DNA of 64,000 nucleotides from a virus (IMGVR_UViG_3300024239_000355:52378-116377); one strand, 5' to 3'; shown: positions 18,077 to 27,917, numbered from the stretch's first letter. Translations and numbers: made by a program. Notes: a model not told the origin generated them from the letters alone.

Positions 18077-19078
18077 TTAAGCCGCTTCGTCGGCTTCTTC
18101 TGGGTTCTTGACCACGAGAGAATACAGAACGCCAGTACCCAAGATGAAGGCGATAATCGACAGGCTGATCACGTTCGGGATGTGGACCCCGAAGGCGCTA
18201 CCGATCAGTTTCGCGGCGACTACTACCAACAGAACCATCACCGCTTTATCGAGCGCCCAGAGCTTGTTCTGAGCGGCAACCAGCAGGAAGTACAGCGACC
18301 GCAGACCAGCAGCAGCCCACAGCGACGAGGTGATCATCAGGTACGGATCGCGGACCACGGCAACGATGACTGGCATCGAGTCGAACGCGAAGATCACGTC
18401 GCAGATTTCGATGCAGATCAGGCACAGGAACAGCGGGGTGACACCGTTCGAGAAGAACTTGCCCGCCGAGATATCGGGATTGGTCTTCCAGAACCGCTTG
18501 ACCATGTTCACCGACCAGTGGTTGGTGTAGTCCACGTCCTCGTCGTCATCGCCGTCCTTCCACATCTTCCAGACGGTCCAGAGGATGATCAAAGCGAAGA
18601 TGATCAGCACATAGTCGGACAGGTTGGCGACTGCGGCACCGGCACCCAGGAACAGTACGCGGAACACAATGGCGCCGAGAATGCCCCAGTAGAGGATTTT
18701 GTGCTGGAAATGCTGACGTTCGCCCGCGACCAAACCGAATGACTTGAAGATCAGGTAGAACGCGAACAAGTTGTCCAGCGCCAGTGCCTTTTCAAGGACA
18801 TAGCCGGTAGTGAACAGGCTGGCAGACTCGGCACCTTTTGACCACCATACGTAACCAGCGAACATCATCGAGCAAATCACCCAGATGATTGACCACTTGA
18901 GAGCGTCACCCATGGAAATGGGTTCATTTGACTTGTGGGAAGTCAAATCAATATAGATGGCAAGAAGGAACGGAATAAGGAACGCCGCCGCGTCCATTAA
19001 GGAAATGCCAGAATAGGCAGCGATCATCTGATCGAACATTGATCTTGTCTCCGGGTCAGGGTGGAACCGAAATTCCAC
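18077..19078 (-). CDS. terC: TerC family integral membrane protein
   Basis: EKALALDNLFAF, QHKILYWGILGAIVFR, DVIFAFDSMP motifs. Confidence 0.9.
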   Translation of the reverse strand: MEFRFHPDPETRSMFDQMIAAYSGISLMDAAAFLIPFLLAIYIDLTSHKSNEPISMGDALKWSIIWVICSMMFAGYVWWSKGAESASLFTTGYVLEKALALDNLFAFYLIFKSFGLVAGERQHFQHKILYWGILGAIVFRVLFLGAGAAVANLSDYVLIIFALIILWTVWKMWKDGDDDEDVDYTNHWSVNMVKRFWKTNPDISAGKFFSNGVTPLFLCLICIEICDVIFAFDSMPVIVAVVRDPYLMITSSLWAAAGLRSLYFLLVAAQNKLWALDKAVMVLLVVVAAKLIGSAFGVHIPNVISLSIIAFILGTGVLYSLVVKNPEEADEAA

Positions 19079-19093
19079 CCTGCCTGTTTGGCT

Positions 19094-19744
19094 TTAGCCG
19101 TTGAGGTATTCGCGACCGATGGTCTGAACGGTTTCTTCCAGACGGCGATCACGGGTTGCCTGACCGATGGTCTGGAACTTCCAAACACCATCACGCTTGT
19201 ACAGACGACCCATGACCATGCTTACGTGATTGGCGAACGACGGGTCGTGGGCGACGTTGTACTTACCGACCACGGCGACATCCGCGTCGATGATCGGGCG
19301 CGGCGCACCCTCATAAATGCGTATGGTCGCATAGGGAATGGTGGCGAAGTCGTGACCCTGGAACGAATTCAGGAAGAACACGACATGAGCCGCTTCACCG
19401 GGTGCCTTGGACAGATCAACGGAAATGGTTTCGTTATCCGTGCCATCATCACCATCGGTATCACCGACGCGATCATCACCCGAATGCTTGATCCAACCGC
19501 CTCGGGCGGTAAGATTGCGGAACGACACCGTTTCGATCAGGCGACCGGTGGCGTCGAACACTGCACATGAAGCATCGAGATCAACCGCCTCGGTGCTACC
19601 ACCCATGCCGAAGATACCCTTCTTCTGGATGGCGCCCCAGTTCAAACCAAGGCACACGTTGGTAAGCGACGTACCGTCAGCCTTGGACAGGTTGATTTTC
19701 TGCCCTTTGGACAGGTCGATAGGCGAAGTCGAAGTCGAAGTCAT
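19094..19744 (-). CDS. terD: TerD/TerZ family protein
   Basis: LSKGQKINLSK, VDLDASC, HSGDD..GD...D...DNE.I.VDL, WKFQTIG. Confidence 0.85.
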   Translation of the reverse strand: MTSTSTSPIDLSKGQKINLSKADGTSLTNVCLGLNWGAIQKKGIFGMGGSTEAVDLDASCAVFDATGRLIETVSFRNLTARGGWIKHSGDDRVGDTDGDDGTDNETISVDLSKAPGEAAHVVFFLNSFQGHDFATIPYATIRIYEGAPRPIIDADVAVVGKYNVAHDPSFANHVSMVMGRLYKRDGVWKFQTIGQATRDRRLEETVQTIGREYLNG

Positions 19745-19756
19745 TGGCGGAACCCC

Positions 19757-20374
19757 TTACTCGTACCATTTGCTGATGATGTTGGCCAGTCCGTTCGGAG
19801 CTTTGCCGTGACCTTCACCCAAACCGGTAAAACGCCAGTCGCCATCCTTGCGATACAGGCGACCCAATTCAGCGGCAGTTACCGCCGAAGCATCTTCATC
19901 CAGTTCGAAGGTGTAAAGGGCTTCACCATTGGTGTTGTTGTAAATGGTGATCTTCGGCTTGGCGACCTGTCCGAACAGGATCGGAGCGCAGTTCGGATTG
20001 GTTTCGACCTCGGGATTGTACGAGGTGCAGACGATGAGAAGCGCCTGGGCATCCGAGGCAACTTCATCCAGCTTGATGATGATGGTTTCGTTGTCGGCTT
20101 CACCATCACCGCCAAACTTGGCATCACCCTTATGTTCGATACCGGGCAGCGACGGGTTGGTGTAATAGCACAGACCACGCGGCGTGTTGGGTTCGCCACC
20201 CTTGACCATCTTGTCGTCGGCTCCGAGCAGAACGACCGAGGCATCCAAGTCTGCGGTCTGACCGGGCTTAAGAAGCCACTTCAAACCAATACGAATTTCC
20301 TTGAGTCCGGGCTGTGCCTTGGACAGGTTGATGCGCTCGCCCTTGGACAGGTTGATAGGTGCTGCTGACGCCAT
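19757..20374 (-). CDS. terD: TerD family protein
   Basis: INLSKGERINLSK, DLDASV, HKGDA..GGDG..DNETI, ELGRLYRKDGDWRF. Confidence 0.85.
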   Translation of the reverse strand: MASAAPINLSKGERINLSKAQPGLKEIRIGLKWLLKPGQTADLDASVVLLGADDKMVKGGEPNTPRGLCYYTNPSLPGIEHKGDAKFGGDGEADNETIIIKLDEVASDAQALLIVCTSYNPEVETNPNCAPILFGQVAKPKITIYNNTNGEALYTFELDEDASAVTAAELGRLYRKDGDWRFTGLGEGHGKAPNGLANIISKWYE

Positions 20375-20847
20375 GGTAGGTTCCCCGTAGTGGCATATTG
20401 CGAAAGAGTGAAGAGAAACAACCATACGTCTTCACCCATGTCAAATGTTTTTGAATATGTGTTCTTCGGGGATGTTTGGAGATTTTACAAAATCAAAAAT
20501 TTTACGTTTACATCCAAAAATTTTGGGTGGTTTCGTTCATTGAAACCACCCAATGCTAGGACGATAGAAAGCCATTGTAATGATTCGTTGTGCCCGCTTG
20601 CGTTAATTTGATGCACCTATACGGAAGGCTTTTGGGACGTATCCCAGGTGATGCCATCCACCAGATTTGTGACAAATAGACACTGATAAAATAGCCATCA
20701 CATACCATATATATACTGTATTTATCCTCCCTTTGTCCGGATAACACCAAAGTTAAGTCTGGTTTTTGAATTTTTTCCGACGATTAAATAGCCCTAGCGA
20801 AATGACAACTACGATGATACACTCCACTACACAATGGAGGTAATGTC

Positions 20848-21237
20848 ATGATTAGTTACACTCTCCAATGCGCGAATGGACATTCGTTCACGTCTTGGTT
20901 TCAGAGCAGCGAAGCTTATGAAAAGCTTGAAAAAGCTGGGCTTCTTTGCTGTGAAGAGTGTGGCAGCCACAATGTGAAGCGTGGTATCATGGCACCGAAC
21001 ATCTCCACGTCCGCGTCCCGCGAGGCTTCTCGACAAGAAGCCAAATACCGGGAGTTCCACGGCGTGAAGATGGAGGATGTTGGTGGGAAGTTCGCGGAAG
21101 AGGTCCGTGCGATCTACAATGGCGATAATCCCGACCGTCCGATATGTGGTACTGCTACCACTGATGAGGTAAAAGAATTGGTCGAAGAAGGTCACTCCAT
21201 TGCAGTGTTGCCGGAAGAAGACCGTTCTACTCATTAG
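20848..21237 (+). CDS. DUF1178 family Zn-ribbon protein
   Basis: MISYTLQCANGHSFTSWFQSSEAYE...GLLCC..CGS..V.R..MAP...EDVG.KFAEEVR...I.G.AT..E...L.EEG pattern. Confidence 0.85.
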   Translation: MISYTLQCANGHSFTSWFQSSEAYEKLEKAGLLCCEECGSHNVKRGIMAPNISTSASREASRQEAKYREFHGVKMEDVGGKFAEEVRAIYNGDNPDRPICGTATTDEVKELVEEGHSIAVLPEEDRSTH

Positions 21238-21245
21238 GAGGAAGT

Positions 21246-21419
21246 ATGATTTACCACGTTCTACTCACTGAAACAGGCGATTGCTCAGCAATTTCGACTT
21301 ATGTAAATTTCGTAGAGAACATGCGGTCGTCGGCAGGGGGAACAATTGTTCCCGTCGAAGCTACTACAATTGATGAAGCTGAGCAATTCGCCAAGCGCAG
21401 AGCCAACGAAAGAAAGTAG
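21246..21419 (+). CDS. Small hypothetical protein (57 aa, not in ORF track)
   Basis: Strong RBS AGGAGGA; MIYHVLLTETGDCSAISTY...AKRRANERK. Confidence 0.55.
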   Translation: MIYHVLLTETGDCSAISTYVNFVENMRSSAGGTIVPVEATTIDEAEQFAKRRANERK

Positions 21420-21691
21420 CATTTCATTCAAATATACTGACTTAATTCCAATGACCACTCAGACGGGTACGTCATTTTTCTGCGTTGTATTGACCTTCAC
21501 ATCCCAAGATCGTATCCTTATGGTGTTTAAGGAGATACGCCATGGGTATTCGCATCGAAATGGAATTCCATCCGGTCTGGTGGAAATGCGCTCCGCATTC
21601 GGAAGTGGCGCAGTTGTGGTGAACGTCATCACCGGAAAACCCACCCAACTCTAAAAGGCGCCTTATCTTTGTTTGGGAAACGTACAGAATC

Positions 21692-21722
21692 AAAACGGGG
21701 CGCCTTGCGACGCCCCGTTTAT
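21692..21722 (-). terminator. Rho-independent terminator after tmRNA
   Basis: AAACGGGGCG/CGCCCCGTTT stem flanked by A/T tracts. Confidence 0.7.
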
Positions 21723-21724
21723 TG

Positions 21725-22027
21725 GTTATTCTGTTGCCAGGGAACCAACCCCCACCTAACCGTTTGAGGGTTAGGGATTTACGGTTACCCGCGCTGCTAC
21801 GCAGCGAGAGCGACAACCTCGCCGTTATCATTGGCAGTTGTTGTGTTTGGTCCGTGGACATTAGCCCCGGCGGTACCATACCGGCCAACTCCTTCGACCT
21901 TTTCTTGCGGCTCGATCCTAGTTCACCCCCATGCCACCCCGTGATAACTTCGGGAGAGATTTGGTGGAGGTGGGCGGTACTGCCCCGCCGTGACCTACAA
22001 GCTATTACGTCGCTATCATCGCTGACA
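21725..22027 (-). ncRNA. ssrA: Circularly permuted (two-piece) tmRNA
   Basis: Minus strand: acceptor piece GCTTGTAG...GGCGGGGCAGTACCGCCCACCTCCACCA (3' end at 21962), ~31-nt spacer, coding piece starting GGGGGTGAACTAGGATCGA (21930). Acceptor stem GGGGGTG/CACCTCC has G3.U70 and A73. Tag frame 21835-21797 = ANDNGEVVALAA*. Outer ends approximate. Promoter TTGACA(22062)-N17-TATAAA overlaps TATAAATA. Confidence 0.93.
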
Positions 22028-22348
22028 GGGATATTTATATCGGTTTGTGTGTTGGGTGTCAATAACGATCTTTTTACCACGACCAACTTTCTTTGATTTT
22101 TCGACCGTGCAGAATTCCCGTAGCATCGCTTCATCGTCGCGATTGGAAATCTGCATGTGACATGACCAATCACCCCCTTGATGATGTAGGGGTGCTTCAT
22201 ATGGGTGGCACAAAAAACCGTGAGATCGTTTGTTCGTTTTCGTGAACCCATCTGGACCCCAGTGCGGTCCCTCGCTTTCGTCAATATCCAGCTTCTTATT
22301 GACTGAATGGACCACGAAGTCGGCAATCATTCCCGGTTCAAGATTCAA
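22016..22348 (-). CDS. Hypothetical protein
   Basis: ORF; its 3' end contains the tmRNA promoter. Confidence 0.5.
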   Translation of the reverse strand: MNLEPGMIADFVVHSVNKKLDIDESEGPHWGPDGFTKTNKRSHGFLCHPYEAPLHHQGGDWSCHMQISNRDDEAMLREFCTVEKSKKVGRGKKIVIDTQHTNRYKYPCQR

Positions 22349-22372
22349 TAATAACGCGGTATGGTACTCATT

Positions 22373-23023
22373 CTAGTTCTCTCGTTTTCGACAGACCCAA
22401 ATTGATGTTGGTCCGTCCACACGTTCTTCGCAGGCAAAATACGGGGTCAAAAGCCCAAGGTACTCTTCTCGGGTGATCCAGCGGAAAACCGTGGTGTGCG
22501 GAACCATTCCGGTGGCGCACTGCACATGGTGAACCATCCCATCCACCAACTGTGAAACTTCAACATAGTCCAGCCCGGTATCTGCTAGATGGTACTGTTT
22601 GACCACCGGTACGGATGGCATATTGTTGAATGTGTTGAACACGAACAGCCCATCGGTATCTATTACCTTGGATACCATGCGAGCGGTGGTAGCGGTCAGC
22701 CAGTAGTTTACTGCCTGCTGACACGCTACTACATCCCACGACTGTCCAAACCCAATGGCGTTTGGTAATGCTTCTTCAACCGTTTGATTGACTACCCAGA
22801 TGCCCATGTCTTTAGGGAAATGAGGGACCATTCGCGTCTCAGCTTCCAGATACACGACTTTAGCCCCCATGCTGGCGGCATAGGTGGATAAACGCCCACC
22901 CCCGCCGCACAAATCAAGGAGCCGTTTTCCTTTTAAGTCGATACCATGAAACAAATCCGCCACCGGACGCTTGAAGTAACGCGCGTATAGGGTCGCATAG
23001 GTGTCGTGGTCTGGATACCGCAT
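22373..23023 (-). CDS. Class I SAM-dependent methyltransferase
   Basis: Motif I LLDLCGGGG; WDVVACQQAVNY; GLFVFNTF; TGATG coupling to the upstream gene. Confidence 0.8.
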   Translation of the reverse strand: MRYPDHDTYATLYARYFKRPVADLFHGIDLKGKRLLDLCGGGGRLSTYAASMGAKVVYLEAETRMVPHFPKDMGIWVVNQTVEEALPNAIGFGQSWDVVACQQAVNYWLTATTARMVSKVIDTDGLFVFNTFNNMPSVPVVKQYHLADTGLDYVEVSQLVDGMVHHVQCATGMVPHTTVFRWITREEYLGLLTPYFACEERVDGPTSIWVCRKREN

Positions 23024-24195
23024 CACACCATATACTCCGACATTGGATCGGTGCCCTTGAAGAGCAGAAAACATCCATGACCAGCGATGTTGAAGCTCCC
23101 CTTCACTTCACGGATCGAATCGCGCACCGTTCCTGGGGGTGCATATGGGAGGGTCGGCAACCCATCAATTTGTTTATGTAGATGCACGATGACATTTGCC
23201 TCGGTCGTGCGGAACAAGTGATCGAGTAACGGCGCGTTCAGGGTTGCCTTATTACCGATGACGTTTACACAGCGGTTATCGTGGTCAATTCCAACCACGG
23301 TCGTAAACTCGTCCAATTCGTTCTTCCCGCGCGCCGTGGTCAGCATCGATTTGAATTGCCCACCCCACCAGCGCACTGCTACCGTACCAAACACATACCC
23401 TTCCGGTGATGTGGGGAACTCGGCACGGAAATGATCTATGAAACGACGCATAGTATTTCCATATCCGGTATTCATGGAAGCCGACACATACGAATCCGCA
23501 TCCGCATACGGGTACGACGACTCATGGTTCGTGTGGTAATAGCCATCCCGCACACAGTCCATGACGAATTCCACGATGCCGTCTTTGTGCATCGGATGAA
23601 CGCCGCGTTCCTTGGTCACGATATATTTCTGGGTCAAATCGTCGGTCTGGTTCGCGAACACCGCCGTTGCCTTAGACCAGAGCAAGGTTTCGTAGGCAGC
23701 GTGAACCAACTCATCATGGCTCACCCCAGCCAGCAGCTTAAACCCAAACAAGTGGGTTTTCGGCGCGACTTCTTTCACCATATCGATGATGCGGGGCGCA
23801 ATGGTGAAGTTGATCGGGATGATGTCCCCGACCTTATAATTATGGCTGGGGAATTTTCCCTTGATTGGTTCGGCTGGGATTAGGTTGGCGACCGCCGCCC
23901 CTAGGATAACCGCATCCATAGTCGGCGCGAGTTCGAGAACCTTATCACGGTAATCGAACAAACCATCATGATGCACGATGGTCAGATTACGCCCCAATGG
24001 TTGCGGTTCCTTCTGATTGCGCGCAGTCAAGTATACAATCTCGACTGCCGCTGGATCACCGACATAGGCACCGCGATTCCGGTCGCAAAACTGCTCGGCA
24101 AGTTCTGCCATGAGTCCGCCGCGAAAGCGGTTGGTGATGATTTTTACCGCATCCAGATAGGCGTGGACGGGACCACCGGTAATCAAAATTCTCAT
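23023..24195 (-). CDS. CoaB-like (phosphopantothenate-cysteine ligase fold) domain fused to class II aldolase/adducin-like domain
   Basis: ILITGGPVHAYLDAVKIITNRFRGG (cf. CoaB VLITAGPT.E..D.VR.I.N.SSG), ILGAAVAN, GFKLL, VFAN; C-terminal VIVHLH...APPGT...GHG. Confidence 0.7.
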   Translation of the reverse strand: MRILITGGPVHAYLDAVKIITNRFRGGLMAELAEQFCDRNRGAYVGDPAAVEIVYLTARNQKEPQPLGRNLTIVHHDGLFDYRDKVLELAPTMDAVILGAAVANLIPAEPIKGKFPSHNYKVGDIIPINFTIAPRIIDMVKEVAPKTHLFGFKLLAGVSHDELVHAAYETLLWSKATAVFANQTDDLTQKYIVTKERGVHPMHKDGIVEFVMDCVRDGYYHTNHESSYPYADADSYVSASMNTGYGNTMRRFIDHFRAEFPTSPEGYVFGTVAVRWWGGQFKSMLTTARGKNELDEFTTVVGIDHDNRCVNVIGNKATLNAPLLDHLFRTTEANVIVHLHKQIDGLPTLPYAPPGTVRDSIREVKGSFNIAGHGCFLLFKGTDPMSEYMV

Positions 24196-24554
24196 GGCAT
24201 TATCCTTGTTGAACAGACCGGTACGATGTGCGAACACCGTTTGCGCCCGCCATCGCAATAGCGGACGATCTTGCACGGTTTGTGCTTGAGTATCCACTTG
24301 ATGTCCGGGTCTTTGGTATTGTACGCCCACTTTATGTTGATAGGAAGACCACGTTCCAAGGAACAAATCCGCTGCCAGATTTGTTCCCGACGTTTCTTAC
24401 AGGTTCCCGCGTTCCGGTGAAGCCATGCGTTCGCCTTGTGCGGCGGACGATTCTCTTTCAACCATTGAAGCTGTCGTGGGGTCTTGGCTTTAAACACGAT
24501 CATTCTTCGAGTTTTGCGCGAACTGCCACCGGGTCTAGCCCAAGAAGGCGACAC
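24192..24554 (-). CDS. Hypothetical basic protein
   Basis: ORF with ATGA overlap to the CoaB-like gene; true start may be internal. Confidence 0.5.
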   Translation of the reverse strand: MSPSWARPGGSSRKTRRMIVFKAKTPRQLQWLKENRPPHKANAWLHRNAGTCKKRREQIWQRICSLERGLPINIKWAYNTKDPDIKWILKHKPCKIVRYCDGGRKRCSHIVPVCSTRIMP

Positions 24555-24682
24555 GCTGCGTCAAATGCTTCCGTGGCGGAATATGTTTCAAAGAAAAGTT
24601 TTGCATTTTCGCAGCCATGGAGGAAAAACAATAACGTCGCAAGGTCACTTTTTGCGTCCATAATTTTACTTCCAGTGTCGTT

Positions 24683-25474
24683 CTAGTCGTTGTTGCGTGC
24701 GATCACATACGAGAACGTCTGCCCAGTGGCGTCGAGGATGAAACACGTTTCGCTATTACACTTGGCAGAAGATTTCAACGAAATACTCATTTGTCCGATC
24801 TCATTTGCAACTACCATGAGAGCATCCAAATCAGTATTCTTGCTGACCAGTTCCGGACGTGCAGCCAACAGAACGGCATCATCACGACCCATGGGATTGT
24901 ACCCATGTACGTAATAGAAGGACTTGGGGTTTGCCTTAATCTTCTCTCGAATCTCTTCGGGGGCTTTACGCAACCACTTATCCAGATCATCGTCAGGAAT
25001 CATACCCACAAAAGTATCGTTTTTAAAACGATAGACGCCATATGCAACCACATTCATGTCATTAATTTCGATGTCGAGCGACGCTCCCGGCGCATCGTCA
25101 ACCGCATGTTCATTCGTTGCGGGGGTCGGCATTGCCGCCATCATCAGCTTCACTGCTGACGCCGGGTCCGTCGCAAGTTCTTTCTCGACCAAATAATGGA
25201 CAAATCGAATTTTGAAATTGTCATCCCATTGTTCGAACGGAATGGCATCAGCGCCGATCTCGGCATGGCGCACCATGAAACGTACCCGAACTTGTTCGGA
25301 TACCCCATGCCCCATATCAAGGGCAAGGCAACATAGCATTGCCGCAGGACCAACCGGAACCTTCATCGTTTCATACATCTCGATGACCATGGGGGTCACC
25401 GCCGACGCCACATCACCCGCGATTTCCGAATCGGGAAATGATTCGTAGATACTCTTTTCGATGATCTCACGCAT
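24683..25474 (-). CDS. Hypothetical protein
   Basis: ORF with RBS CAGGAG, downstream of a terminator at ~25500-25535. Confidence 0.6.
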   Translation of the reverse strand: MREIIEKSIYESFPDSEIAGDVASAVTPMVIEMYETMKVPVGPAAMLCCLALDMGHGVSEQVRVRFMVRHAEIGADAIPFEQWDDNFKIRFVHYLVEKELATDPASAVKLMMAAMPTPATNEHAVDDAPGASLDIEINDMNVVAYGVYRFKNDTFVGMIPDDDLDKWLRKAPEEIREKIKANPKSFYYVHGYNPMGRDDAVLLAARPELVSKNTDLDALMVVANEIGQMSISLKSSAKCNSETCFILDATGQTFSYVIARNND

Positions 25475-25559
25475 CAGTGTGTCTCCTGTGCGAAACGCAA
25501 ACTGGCGATAGACAAAACAAGTCTATCGCCAGTTTGCAATCAGTTATGACGAGCGAACA

Positions 25560-27782
25560 TCAGTCGCCAACAACATTCGCAACCTCGATGGGTTCGAACT
25601 CGTTGGCGGCATTCTGTCGGACGAATACGTAAGCGGGTCCGCCGTTAATCATCACTTCGGCATCCGAATACACCACCGGAATGGTGCCCGGTTTACCATG
25701 GACGAATACATCCGCCACGGACGGCAGCGCCGACAGGTACTCCAAGAAAGCCGGAAGCTTCTCTTGCAGATGACCGCCATTCTCAGCCGCCGAACGGATT
25801 GAACCATACAGATTGGCGTCGATGTACACAGCCTTACGCTCCATCACGTCGATGTACGCGATGTACTTGGTCAAATTGGCACCCTTGATCGGGAACACCA
25901 TTTGGGCACGCGACGGCTCATAGAGCGCCCCAGCCTCGGCATTAACGCCCCATTGAATGGTGGCGAGAACGTCTTCAGCATCATCGAACTTGATGCTGCT
26001 GTAGCTCAGAATGTTCCAAACCGCGTAGCGGACGCCTTGCTTCGCCAGTTTATCGAGGTACAAATCGATCATCTGACAACCGCGACCTTCGATTTCCTTG
26101 CTGGTGGTCGGATCACCCGAGAAAATCGCCGCTGTGTATTCGGTGATTTCGAGACGACGGTTCCAGTCCTGCCCACCATGAACAGGGAAACGTTCTTCCG
26201 ACCAGCAACAGGCACCTACCGGAACCCACGACTCATCAAAGAAATTCACCCCGTTGTCGAACCAAATATTTCGCCCAGTAGTGGAAACTTGCTTCCAATA
26301 ACTGGCAACACGGACAAAGTTCATTTCCGCTGGAATTTCAAAGACGGTGCCGCGACCATACGGCGCAAGCTTCTGATCGTTGGTTTGAAGCTTCACGCGA
26401 TCCGCATTGCAATCCACATTGAAACCAGCCGGATACGACTCGTCCAGACGCGAGGCGATGACACGCGAAATAGCTGCACGGAGCTTGCGCAGATGATCGA
26501 AATCGATCTTCACTTTACTGTTGGTACGAATCTGCGCACGGGTCCAGTTACCTTTGGGCGCCGCGATCAGCGTGGTGCGGTTGTTGATGGTGGACAGATA
26601 GCCGTCCAGCTTCAACAACTGCATGGTGGACAACTTCGGAACCACGGTCACAAAGGCATCCACTGCCGCGCCACCAAACACCGCGTAGGTCTTGTGCAGA
26701 CGACGCATAAATTCACCCGGACGGGTCCGCAGCGACTCCAGAACCACAGGGTCACCCATGGCGATGCCGTACTCGACCATCCCCGCAAAAGTCTTGTGAA
26801 CACCACGATACAGGATATCATAGGCTTCCGACACGCGCGGAAAGTTGTAGTCGCCCGGACGCAGGGAACGCAGCAGCTTCTTCCACACCTCGGGACGCAG
26901 ATAAAAATCATCCACCAGATGCACGCAGTTCTCCAACAGCGCCAGCAGGAACTTGCGCTTGGAACGGTTGAACTTCGCGAACTTGGTGCCGTACTGGAAC
27001 GGCGGCACAGTCGGCTTCACCCGACGACCCCAGCCACGCACGGGCGCGGACAGAATGCGCTTGCACAGCGCACGATGGGCTTCGGTAATCTTGCTGGTAC
27101 GCAGGGATACGTCACCACCAGACAATCCAACTGCCAAACGCAGTACGTCAGTCGCAGTGGACATCTTCACCGTCCGACCTCCGTCAACCGCCTGTACTGC
27201 GAGCAGAATGGCGTTTTCCTTGAAACCGAACGCATCTACGTCAATGGATGGCATCAGATAGCCATACAGATAGAACGCATGGTCCTTCTGCGAATCAGTC
27301 CACCGCGTGGGCAGCTTACACAGATTCTCAAAGATAATGTGCGGAGTGTCGTCGGTGCCGAGCGCCAACACCTTCAGTGAAACCTTTTCCTTCAGTTCCG
27401 GGCGCTGTTCTTCGGACTGAGTGAACCACTCATTGGGCGTACCAATGTACATAAGAATCTGGTTAAACCAGTAATGCGCCCGCGACATTTCAAGAACTTC
27501 CTTCGGGAAATTCTTGTAAACGACGAAATCCGCCATGTTGCGGTCGGCACCGGTCACGTTTTTGACCGCAGGCTCGATCTGCTTCCAGAACTCACCAAGT
27601 TCCTTGGTGGTTAGGGAAACGAGAGCGCGAACGGTATCCGGCGCTGGGACAAATCCATAGTAGGCGAGGTTGGACAGTACCGTCCCCAGGTAAATCTCCT
27701 TCATTTCCGGCTTTGCTTCGGTCGCCCGCGATTTCGGAACCGGAAGAAAGCCGTTGGAGATCAGGAGAATGCAGTTGTCCAT
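25560..27782 (-). CDS. Large TerD-related phage protein
   Basis: Long GC3-biased ORF; RPGEFMRRL, APKGNW, PYGRGT motifs; C-terminal FSGDPTT...G..MIDLYL...GVRYAVWNI segment resembles the TerD fold. Confidence 0.55.
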   Translation of the reverse strand: MDNCILLISNGFLPVPKSRATEAKPEMKEIYLGTVLSNLAYYGFVPAPDTVRALVSLTTKELGEFWKQIEPAVKNVTGADRNMADFVVYKNFPKEVLEMSRAHYWFNQILMYIGTPNEWFTQSEEQRPELKEKVSLKVLALGTDDTPHIIFENLCKLPTRWTDSQKDHAFYLYGYLMPSIDVDAFGFKENAILLAVQAVDGGRTVKMSTATDVLRLAVGLSGGDVSLRTSKITEAHRALCKRILSAPVRGWGRRVKPTVPPFQYGTKFAKFNRSKRKFLLALLENCVHLVDDFYLRPEVWKKLLRSLRPGDYNFPRVSEAYDILYRGVHKTFAGMVEYGIAMGDPVVLESLRTRPGEFMRRLHKTYAVFGGAAVDAFVTVVPKLSTMQLLKLDGYLSTINNRTTLIAAPKGNWTRAQIRTNSKVKIDFDHLRKLRAAISRVIASRLDESYPAGFNVDCNADRVKLQTNDQKLAPYGRGTVFEIPAEMNFVRVASYWKQVSTTGRNIWFDNGVNFFDESWVPVGACCWSEERFPVHGGQDWNRRLEITEYTAAIFSGDPTTSKEIEGRGCQMIDLYLDKLAKQGVRYAVWNILSYSSIKFDDAEDVLATIQWGVNAEAGALYEPSRAQMVFPIKGANLTKYIAYIDVMERKAVYIDANLYGSIRSAAENGGHLQEKLPAFLEYLSALPSVADVFVHGKPGTIPVVYSDAEVMINGGPAYVFVRQNAANEFEPIEVANVVGD

Positions 27783-27802
27783 AGGAACCCCCAAAAAGAA
27801 AT

Positions 27803-27872
27803 GTGGACGGAAAGCGTCTCGGTAATTTCAGCCAAATGATTGTAGAAGGAACCGAGGACATAGCCGCCCACG
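27803..27872 (-). ncRNA. Structured RNA motif copy 1 (5' leader of the TerD-related gene)
   Basis: GTGGGCGG/CCGTCCAC and CTCGGT/ACCGAG stems, TCCTTCTA, small TCA/TGA hairpin; promoter TTGACA(27907)-N17-TACTTT directly upstream. Confidence 0.65.
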
Positions 27873-27917
27873 CCGAACAAAGTAATGGTTCGCGATAATC
27901 TTGTCAATAGCCCAAAC

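Noticed and set aside
21450-21654. Small ORF ending EMRSAFGSGAVVVNVITGK, with a promoter/RBS-linked ATG (21542) in a different frame
   Set aside because: Could be a frameshifted remnant or a 26-aa peptide; I cannot decide the frame from sequence alone.
21472-22326. 284-aa minus ORF and 124-aa plus ORF across 21.5-22.3 kb
   Set aside because: They overlap the tmRNA, its terminator and other genes; the tmRNA explains the sequence.
25902-27380. Long plus-strand ORFs opposite real genes (also 5482-6726, 12334-13158, 28734-29618, 39235-40224, 44122-45030)
   Set aside because: Antisense shadows produced by GC3 codon bias of the true minus-strand genes; no RBS or recognisable motifs.
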